The translations under genes and the position numbers were made by a program. A stretch of DNA of 58,587 nt, the filler included, from Catajapyx aquilonaris (taxonomy: Eukaryota), in NCBI GenBank assembly GCA_000934665.2. It is 4 parts of 4 records of this genome, joined end to end, with 100 filler letters (N's around TTAATTAATTAA, not from the genome) between each part and the next. Parts side by side here need not be neighbours in the genome. Positions count along the whole stretch, not along the records: positions 14,601 to 29,281 come from KZ539732.1; positions 29,382 to 43,878 come from JYFJ02007766.1; 2 more parts are not named here. One strand, written 5' to 3'. Positions 22,570 through 31,931 of this stretch are shown here, in pieces; the stretch's first letter is position 1; each line of letters starts with the position of its first letter. The notes beneath the pieces are model-generated. The model was given only the letters and a program-made list of their open reading frames with translations. It was not told where the DNA came from and made no database searches.

Positions 22570-22768
22570 TATATAGGCTACTGTATGATTGTATCACCAG
22601 CATCTGCACTAACAGTAAGTAACAAAATTAAACGACTACAATAAATTTTCAGTGTGGGCAGCATCCTTTTTTGTAAACTGATATTTCAAAGCAGCGTTAT
22701 TCTTTCAGTTCAGCTTAGAATGTACTGCATTGTTGAATGATGATAATGAAGCCTTAATGACTTTTCAG

Positions 22769-23194
22769 GCGGCTAGGATAATAGCTGTAGAGGATCTTTC
22801 CAGCGACTTGGCTAAAAGGGCGGAACAACTCCGATTGCTCCTTCAGGAGGTCTACATGGACGACAAAGTAATCCTTTTTCTGGTGACCTACTCCATATAT
22901 AACTACATGTTCATGGAAGAATTCATGCCCAGACTGAGGGTGGCATGCTCTGGAATCGTTTCCACTGTGTCGCCCTACATCGAGCGCCACTACATGATGT
23001 ACAAGCTCAAGCACGTGGGCCCCACCAAGGAGCTCCTGCAGGGTTACCAGAGCATACTCACTTCTCTCGATGACTTTATCATCGATTTGCTCAGCTACAT
23101 CCCGACCCCCTCAAAAATTCGTCTTGATGGTATTCCCAAACCTCCTATTAAAATTCCATGGAAGAAGGCGACTCAGAGAAGGCACCATAAGTGA
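22769..23194 (+). CDS. Uncharacterised 348-aa protein, terminal exon 5
   Basis: ttttcag| AARIIAVEDL...RRHHK stop; AATAAA at 23309-23314. Confidence 0.75.
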   Translation, partial: AARIIAVEDLSSDLAKRAEQLRLLLQEVYMDDKVILFLVTYSIYNYMFMEEFMPRLRVACSGIVSTVSPYIERHYMMYKLKHVGPTKELLQGYQSILTSLDDFIIDLLSYIPTPSKIRLDGIPKPPIKIPWKKATQRRHHK

Positions 23195-23469
23195 TATTAT
23201 GTCACACAGGAACTCTCTTATAACACAGCACATTGGTATCATGTCTTCACCCTAGACTAGGGTCTTCACTTTAGAGAGTTGGTTTTTAATTTTCAAAAAT
23301 GCACTTGCAATAAAAATTGTATAAATATGTCTGAACTGCTACAATTTCCCTAAGCCCATTTCACACTAGGGTAATTCCAGGGACCAGGACAGTCGACAGA
23401 TAAACCAATATTCAAGATGACACTACATACATTGCGGATTTTCCCATTTGTGCAAAAATCGGCACACAT

Positions 23470-24892
23470 CCTTATGGCAACATCCGGAAAGTAATTTGGG
23501 TCTAGGGGGCCTCGTGTGCGAGACAGACGAGAAAAGAAATAAGAGACTGAGCCACATGCGTGAGAGAACCGCAAAGGCCACAATATTGGAGACACACTAA
23601 AAAAAAATAATAGTTGAACAAACCAAAAACATGTTTAATTCAACCAAATAGGAAGGTTAATATAGAACCTGCTAAAAATTTGGTTGAAGTAACCAAAAAT
23701 ATTTGGTTGTCGTTCTACAAAAATACTTGGTTGATGTAACCAACATTTTTGTTGACATGGTGTACTATATCGCCCAAAAAGATAGAGACGATTTTGCATT
23801 TGACTCAAGTGCAACTTGCACTTGAATCAAATGCCAATCGTCTCTATCTTTTTGAGCGATATAGTACATTTGGTTGTGGTAGGCTAAGGTTTTGGTTGAA
23901 ACGATCGCATACCTCAACCAAAATGTTTTGGTTATACTTCGACCAATTCTGTTTTTTCAATTCAGCTAAGATTTTGGTGAAAGCAACCAAATCTCACTCA
24001 ACCAAATAGTTTTGGTTACTGTAACCATTTCGGTTTTTTCAGTGCAGGGGAAGAGAGACAGGTGCGGTTGAAAGTCATGCGTGAAAGAAACGCAAAGGTC
24101 AGAATCTTCGAGTCAGATGAGACAAGAAGTGCAAGGTTAGAGGTTGAGAGTAGAGATTTCGCATTGAGTAGAATGTCGGAGTCCAATGAAGCTAAAGAGA
24201 GGAGGTTGTCTAAGCTCTAAGGCAAGGGAGACGCAAAAGACATGTGGTTTGCCATGGAAGAGTAAAGAGAAGGCTGCGTTTCAATACAATCCATCAGTGG
24301 CTTATGAGACAGATCCTACCGTCACTTTAGGGTCCATGTCTGTGGTATATGTTGCCACTGTCAGGCTATGAAGTGGAAAGAAGAAACAGCAGGAATGTGT
24401 TGTTGCAGTGGTAAGGTTCTATTGGAGCCCGTGGCTGATCCACCTGAACCACTCTTCGGGGCCTTTTGACAGGTGAAGATGCCAGATCGGTAGAGTTTCT
24501 CAGTGCAACTAGGAGGTACAACAGTGCTATCCAAATGACATTTTTTTGGTGCAGACGTTGTATCGGAAGGTAATTTCATGCAAACTTTTAAAGTCCAGGG
24601 TCAAATGTACCATTTAGCTGGATCATTACTTCCTGCTTCTGATGGAAATCCAAAATTCTTGCAAATTTGTTTCATGGGAGACGACGACGAGGCTGAGGCC
24701 AAACAGAGATCTCTTATTTTGCCAAATCTCCGCTCAGATATTATTTTCGAACTGCAGCTATTATTGCATTCCCATAACAATTACGTTCGAAGTTTCAAAG
24801 CGGCATTGGACAGGCAGACCGACGACAACTTTAAGGTTGTTATACACTCCGACAGGTATGAGCACAAAGGGAGATTTAATGCTCCTACCACC
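23470..24892 (+). pseudogene. Helitron Rep/helicase N-terminal remnant, frameshifted and truncated
   Basis: AAFQYNP..., MCCCSGKV..DPPEPL, TFKVQGQMYHLAGSLLP...PKFLQI.F, HNNYVRSFK, GRFNAPT motifs. Confidence 0.85.
23595..24044. mobile_element. CACTA/EnSpm-like MITE interrupting the Helitron remnant
   Basis: CACTAAAAAA...TTTTTTCAGTG termini, 2-bp TSD CA, AACCAA/TTGGTT subterminal repeats. Confidence 0.75.
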
Positions 24893-25107
24893 AGGCTAAT
24901 GTATAATTTAGGAATGATATTCCGAATTGATTTATACATTATTTACATTATTTACATTATTTACAAATTATACATTGATTATACATTAGCCTAATACATT
25001 AGGCTAATGTATAATTTAGGAATGATATTCCGAATTGATTTCAGTGACTTATTGGTTTATTAACCCTGGAACCGTGACGTGGGGTCTTTTAGGACCCCAA
25101 AGGAATT

Positions 25108-25470
25108 TTTATTTTTATTTTTTATTTTTTATTTTATTTACCCCGTGATACAACTACCAGGTCGTTATAGGGGGGTGGCAGACCACCATACAGTTTTCAA
25201 CTTGTATTTTTCTTCGATCACCGGTGCAAGGAATACTAGGAAATTGGGTAAGGGCAGGGGGATTTTGGGGAGGGGACACAAGTGCAGGTGCATTGTCCAG
25301 CGGTGGGCCAGGTGCAGTCCCCCAGGAGGTCAGGTTGCACAAGACGCCTCCTTAGGCGCGGGTCACGACCCATTGACGCAAGCGAAAGGTTTGTTCCCGG
25401 GTGGGGATTTGAACCCGGGACCTTTCGCATAGCAAGCCGAGACGTTACCATCTCGGCCACCGTGCCTCCC
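25108..25470 (-). mobile_element. tRNA-derived SINE
   Basis: A box TGGCCGAGATGG, B box GGTTCAAATCC, (TAAAAA)n tail, 13-bp TSD CCCCAAAGGAATT (25095, 25471). Confidence 0.85.
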
Positions 25471-26498
25471 CCCCAAAGGAATTAATGGCCGTAATGTGGA
25501 ATGTTAGTAATGTATAATGTATAATGTATAAGCCCACACTGAATGCTTCTTGCTCTTGGAAAGACATTATTGGTTATTGCACCGTATTATGAGCTGCATT
25601 CATAGTTCACATCGGTTCACATTGAGCTGCTGCTTGCAGCTTCTCTACCTCTGCTTGAATCTACATTAAAATCCTAGAGCTGAGTGTAATTCATTTATTT
25701 TAAAATACGGAAGGTTTAATCGCGTAAGGACTTTCTCATGAAAATACAGTATGATGAAGGCCGAGGAGTGCCTGTTGATTGTGCCACACCCTGGATTGTG
25801 CCCAGATTGCAAGGTGCCCAGATTGTGCCGCGTACATTCAAGCGTACATTACGGTACTGTCCGTGACTGTACAAACATGGCGGACAAACTTTGACTAGAT
25901 CTTGGATGACCGCGTGGTATTATATGAGCTCTTAGAAGTTAGAACCGGTAAAGGAAAGGAAGGAAAATAATGTGAGCTAATGAAGTTGCCGTTGGAAAAT
26001 GGTGGGTAAAGGTGCATTGTTACGAATGTGTGCATGTAATTCACACTGGGAAAGGCATGTGTGAGTGATTGCGAGGAAACTTGCAGGGCATGCCACTTGC
26101 AGCCCTCTTCATGCAGTCTAGATTTTGATGCTGGATAAAAGGACAGGCTCAGGACAACGTGCACGGTAAGCATTTGAGATCAGGTCAGTTGAGCTCAGTT
26201 ATAATCTAAAGCTTATCTCAATATTTAGCTTGTAAATCAATGGAATCAAATCCAAAAAGATGTCGAAGGATGGTGGAGGAAGCTTCTCTACCATGCCCGT
26301 ACACGTGGGATGGCAACAGCTGTCGTGACCTACTAGAGGTGAGAGTAAATTGAAGCAGTAATGTGTTAAATACTGTATGTCTCATGGTTTACTAAGATTA
26401 TAGTGTATGGTAACCTTTGCTTGGTAGAAAACTACATAGTGGGATCATAAGTGTCAAGTAGGCTGAAGATACCTAGTGTTGATTTGATTTCATATTTC

Positions 26499-27185
26499 CA
26501 GAGTTCGAAATTAGTCGTCGCCAGTCACATTATGCGACTTAAAATTATCAATTGGAGATCGGGTCATAGGGAGGTGAAGTGGCGCAGCGGTAATGCTCGC
26601 GCCCACGGATATTAAGGTCCCGGGTTCGATCCCCACCCGGGGTTCCCACCTTTATCCGGGCAGAGTTGGGCCATCTCTGGCTTCATTTCGGGTGGCAATT
26701 TCTGACAGACTAAGCCACCCGGGGGAGCTCACAAAATGACCATAGAGACATTGCACTTGCACTTTGCACATCCCCTCCTACCACCCTGGAGTAATTAATT
26801 AAGATCTTCTTATATGGCTCCAATTTCCGATGGTGGTAATCCACCCCCCTAAACGCCTAAAGGTTATAGTAAATCCCAATGGGGCAAAAAAAAAAGAAAA
26901 GGAGATTGAAGCAAGATATCTAGTCGCCACTTTTGGCAACTAGCTTTTTCCTCCCAAAATTGCATTTCTGTCAATAATAAAATTATTGTTCAGATTCTCG
27001 TCACATGTTCAATTTGTTTCCTGCCGAAGCTCTTGGTGACTCTGTGGTGATTGTGGCGCCCAATATTTAAAATGTGACATAATGTTTAAAACAAGAATGG
27101 GGCCAAGACATTCAGTTTTGGCGACCACACCTTAGTTTCAGACGCAACTTGGCGATCTGCTCATGTGTCCTGGTTTCGAACACTG
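26499..27185. mobile_element. hAT-like non-autonomous element
   Basis: CAGAGTTCGAAA...TTTCGAACACTG, 8-bp TSD CATATTTC. Confidence 0.8.
26560..26900 (+). mobile_element. tRNA-derived SINE family B, copy 1, nested in the hAT element
   Basis: A box TGGCGCAGCGG, B box GGTTCGATCCC, A tail, short TSD GGAGAT; homologous to 28202 and 54340 copies. Confidence 0.85.
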
Positions 27186-28201
27186 CATATTTCTATAATT
27201 AAATCTCCCAATAGAACAGGGTCCTATGTCCACCCTGTTTCAACCTGGACCTGGGCCCTTGTGGATGTGGGCAATTCAATTTATGCACATTTTGAACATA
27301 CGTATGTCCCTTGGAATGAATATGCATTCTAGTTCATTAGAGGAGGTCTTTCATATGTGTTACCAGGTTTGTGAAAAACTCAATGCAGGTATCATTGAAT
27401 CAAATTTGTAAAACACCTAGGAATGAGTACATCTGTGTCATTAACGCTCACTGTACAGTGCTGGACACATTAGCCNNNNNNNNNNNNNNNNNNNNNTTTT
27501 TTTTTTTTTTCCGGCGGCGATGGCGCTGCGTTACCTGGCAACCCCGGCCAGCGGGCCAATTCAAACATCAGCACATGGAGAGTGCTTATGGTGTCCTTTC
27601 CATTGTTGCCACTGTTTACAAATCGATCAAGGGACGCCGACGACCCAGCGACGGGTCTCTGGCTGCTTACACATCAAGGGATACACAGGAAAAAGCGGGA
27701 AAGTAATTATGTTAGAACCAAGTCATTTTGGGGAAATGTTCCCTGCTGGACTCAATGAAAGGTTTTCGGTCGCAGCACACGAAATATATTCCATCGCTGA
27801 GGAGGGAGTGTCATTTATTAAGATCAGGGGTGTGCTAATTGAAGGGCGTCAACTGACTGATTCTTTCGGGTTTTTGTGTCTTTTACACCGTGCTCTATTA
27901 CACTAAATATTTTAAAAGTATTGTTTTAGTAAGTTTAATAGACAAGTACCCAGCCCACTTTCTGGCGGGAATAGACGGTGATACTTTTAAATACATTTAA
28001 ATTTTTTAGTGTAATAGAGCACGGTGTAATTTTATCACGCACATTTCTGGCTTGCCGTCCATACATTCGCGAAGTAATTCGGATTATAAACGGCCGAGAT
28101 AACTGAGGTGTGCAATTTACTTAATTATGATTACAAACATGGCGATTTGTAAGTTTCAAATATATCATTAGATAGACAAAGATGTGCACTATCCAGGGTT
28201 C

Positions 28202-28547
28202 GGCGGGGTTAGGGGAGGCGGAGTGGCGCTGCGGTAACGTACGCGCCCACGGATGTTAAGGTCCCGGGTTCGATCCCAGCCCGGGGACACCCCCTTCATC
28301 TCGTGCAGAGTTTAGGTCGTCTCTGGCTTCGTCTCGGGTGGTATTTTCTTAGACTAAACCACCCGGGGGAGTTCACAAAATGTGCCCATAACAGTCCGCG
28401 CACTGCACTTTGCACATCCCCTCCTGTCATCCTGCCCGTGGGCCCGGGCGCTTCAATGAATAGGCACCAATGTACAATAATAAAATAAAGGTCCATCTGA
28501 TATACCCCCATTTGGGGGTGAAAGCACTACCCCAGGATTATTATTAT
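28202..28547 (+). mobile_element. tRNA-derived SINE family B, copy 2 (different 3' tail)
   Basis: Same head and body as copy 1, (TTA)n tail, 12-bp TSD TATCCAGGGTTC (28190, 28548). Confidence 0.85.
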
Positions 28548-28798
28548 TATCCAGGGTTCAGAGGGGAAATTCTTTGGCCTCCAAGAAGTGTCATAAAAAA
28601 TTCACTTTGCGGCGGAACTTCGGCAGCTAGTCAAAAAAGGACACTTTTTTGTGTTTTTCTTGCGATAAAAAATTACACAATGAAGATTGTAATCAACTCG
28701 CATATATGTTACGTAGATTTAAACAATCTTTCTAACTATGTATAACGTTATTTTTTGGACCATTTTCCTTGGAGTTATTTAGAGTCAAACACAGGAGT

Positions 28799-29106
28799 AG
28801 TATGAAAAATTGGAGTCCCAAGCCACTTCGGAAGAAGTAGACCAGAGTCCCATGCCACTTTGGATATAGTAGACCAGAGTCCCACACCAGATGATTTAAC
28901 AAATTATAACATTATTTTCACGATTTTTAACGTTAATTTCACGTAAAGATGTGTAACGACCATTATTCCGTTGAGACGATATTTTAACGTGAAATTGTCG
29001 TCAAAAGTTGTTAAAATCGTTAAAATATTGTAGGGGATTATCTGGCGTGGGACTCCGGTCTACTCCTTCCGAAGTGGCATGCTGGGACTCTGATTTTTCA
29101 TACTAG
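28799..29106. mobile_element. Unclassified MITE-like inverted-repeat element
   Basis: AGTATGAAAAAT..GAGTCCCA..GCCACTTCGGAAG.AGTAGACC mirrored at 29051-29105. Confidence 0.55.
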
Positions 29107-29281
29107 TCCAGGTGCTAAGGGACAAATTTGACCCAAACTTTGCATTTTGTGACAAAAGTATGAAACTCGGTACACTTGTCCTTCGGACACTTCTGATCAT
29201 ATCTGGACGTGGAGCCACGATGACCCACCCCGGTGGTGGTCCATTTCGCAGGGTTTCCATAACTACCAGATGCAGCATCCT

Positions 29282-29381
29282 NNNNNNNNNNNNNNNNNNN
29301 NNNNNNNNNNNNNNNNNNNNNNNNNTTAATTAATTAANNNNNNNNNNNNNNNNNNNNNNNNNNNNNNNNNNNNNNNNNNNN
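29282..29381. other. Artificial assembly spacer
   Basis: N44-TTAATTAATTAA-N44. Confidence 0.95.
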
Positions 29382-29419
29382 CCTTTGTTGTGATGACGTA
29401 GCGTTAAAAGGCTCATATA

Positions 29420-29856
29420 CAGGGTGTTCATGAAAAACACCGACACACCTATATCACCCCCGACCTAGGGACCAGACGATCACATTATGTAGAGGAGTGA
29501 TTATTCCTGGGCCGCCTCATTACCGCGCAAATTGCCTTCAAACAGGTAGTATAAAATATCCTGGAAGTTAGGCCACCCATCGAACCCACCCCCAGTCAGA
29601 AGGCTCTGGAAGGTCTGGGGGCCGGACTTTGTTGGTTTGTTGCCCACAGGTGGTAAGGCCTCTTTGGCTAGTTACACTAGAAAATTCTATTTAAAAGTCA
29701 GAAGGAGCGATTAGGCAAAAATCGCTAATCAGCAACGAGTCAATTATCTCAGTAATGAGGCGGTGTAGACATAATGACTCCTCTACATAAAATGACCCTC
29801 ACGTTACCATTGGCCACTGGTTATCAGTTTGTCGGGTGTTTTTCATGAACACCCTG
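29420..29856. mobile_element. Tc1/mariner MITE carrying a short R1-like LINE 3' end (29604-29695)
   Basis: CAGGGTGTTCATGAAAA TIRs, TA TSD; insert matches the reverse complement of 46020-46105 and is flanked by 10-bp TSD AGTCAGAAGG. Confidence 0.8.
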
Positions 29857-30004
29857 TATTGTCCGAAAGCATGTTTAAATCCACTTTATATATACGTATG
29901 CGAGTTCTTTTCCTATCGTCAGTCTCTCATTTTTTAGGCGGAAAGGTGTCATTTTTTGACCGGTCCCGTGTGTAATATACTTACGAGCGTAATACTGACG
30001 GATG

Positions 30005-30185
30005 AAAATACCGACAGGCGAAATACCTAAGAGACAAAATACCGACACCGCCTAAATACCGAATTAAGAAATACCGACACCGCGTAAATACCTAATGAAG
30101 TAAATAACGGACACCGCCGAAATACCAAAAATATACAGACACCACCAAAATACCTAATAGAAGAAATACCGATACCACCAAAAAC
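30005..30185 (+). repeat. Degenerate AAATACCGACACC tandem repeats, probably transposon subterminal repeats
   Basis: More than ten AAATACC cores at short spacing. Confidence 0.6.
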
Positions 30186-30672
30186 ATTTCTGTAAAAAAA
30201 GGCCAAGTTCTCCTGACTGCTTGGCCGTCAAAAGTGGTGAGATCTGAAATACGGCCAAGTTCAAAGCCTTTTCAAACCAACCAGACCCTCATCAGTCATC
30301 TCCCCCAACCTTCCACTCCTGCCTGAGGTCAAACGGACACTAGCGCCCAACTAGCGGATTTTTCGCGAACTGTTTTTGGCTGAATCGAGACCTTAAGTTC
30401 TGTAACATTCAACTGTAAACAGCAGTAAACTACTGTATGAAAACTACAGATAATGGTGAAAAGTGACATGCATGTATACCCTAATAAGGTGCTCAGGGAT
30501 AATAAACATCTATCTATCTATATCTAGTTTTACAAGATGGCCAAGAACTAAGCTCAGCACAATCTATTCAAATAGCTTCCCTGTCGAAGTAATGATTGTA
30601 GCTGTAATGGTTGTAGCCTATGCAATATTTTGTCACTGAATATACATTATAATTTTCTATTTTTCCATCCAG

Positions 30673-30759
30673 AGTGTGACGTTAAAGCAAGAGCTGGAGC
30701 GTGTGCAGAAGGAGAACATGGCACTGAGAGAGAAGCTGGCCAAGTATGAGAAGCTCTAG
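30673..30759 (+). CDS. Terminal coding exon of an unidentified gene (coiled-coil C-terminus)
   Basis: Long pyrimidine tract ttttccatccag| SVTLKQELERVQKENMALREKLAKYEKL*; strong codon bias; UTR-like sequence follows. Confidence 0.65.
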   Translation, partial: SVTLKQELERVQKENMALREKLAKYEKL

Positions 30760-31723
30760 TTGATGGCCATCTCTGTCTCACTCGTGGCACCCTTGCCATT
30801 TTATATATTATTATTATTATTGTGTAACACTACTTCATTGGTTTTGCCAGTAAAAAAAAAGAGAAGAAAACTCTCGCACCCAGGAACGAACCTGTAGTTG
30901 TGCACGCAGAGAGAACCGAAAAAGAAAAGGCCAAAGGGAAGATTCACGTCATATGTAGCTGCTACTGTTGCTGTGTGCCTTTCGAAGCCATGATGTCGTG
31001 CATATGTACACGCATGCTATTTTTGACACGACAAGTGGTGATCGTTGGTACCAATGGCATGATGGACGCAGACATTTTTTTCCTGGTGTAGCTGCGTTTG
31101 GGTCAGTAGTTAACTACATAGTACCTCCTCGTTTATTATTGTTATTGCAGTTGTGACTATCGTTGTTGTTACGTGTACCATTGCCCCTGTCCTCCCCTCA
31201 TCCTTGGCTCCCTTTCCACATGTACACATTAATTAAGAAGAGTGCATTTAATTAATTGGCCAAGCTGGCTTGGCTTCACTATTCTTTTTAAAGAAGGAAA
31301 TATATTGAAGAAGAATATATACATCTTAAAACGAATTGAAGTTTGTGTAGATACAAGAGTTACTTTTTTAAATATTTTTGGTCACGAGGAGCAACGAAAA
31401 ACAAACCAAAAAACAACTGTGCCTGCAGATTCCTGGTGTTTAATATTGTCCAATATTATTTACCTCATAAAAATCAATGAATGCTGGCATGTTGCAATCA
31501 ATATTAGGCATTGATAATAATTGTATTTATTATTTAGAGAAAAAAAACTGCTTTGCCTGTTATTTTACCTGGTATGTTTCAAAATTTGAGTGACAATGCA
31601 ATATAGTATGTCTTCTACTATGTGCACCATATTGGCCAAAAGATGCCAGAAAAAGCAACGACATTTTTTATGCTACTGATGACTGACATTACCTGAAGTT
31701 CTTTCTGTATTTGTTGTTGCATA

Positions 31724-31931
31724 CCCTGTAAACCGAAAAACATTAAAAGGGCATCACTGGTGAGTCTCATGGAAGATCCATATTTAATGCTCTTCTAATG
31801 ATCTGCTAATGCTGTTGTGCTGATTTTTAGCAACAATAAAACATCACAGGAGCATCACAAGAGCATTAAAAATGGATGTTCTATGAGAGACTCACAAGTG
31901 ATGTTCTTTTAATGTTTTGCGGTTTGCAGTG
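31724..31931. mobile_element. CACTA-like palindromic MITE
   Basis: CCCTGTAAACCG...CGGTTTGCAGTG, 2-bp TA duplication, long internal symmetry. Confidence 0.65.

Noticed and set aside
30262..30297. Hammerhead ribozyme core (CTGATGA...GAAA, minus strand)
   Set aside because: Stem II would be almost all G-U pairs and stems I and III are not evident; no hammerhead core was seen in the LTRs either, so the LTR element is not called a retrozyme.
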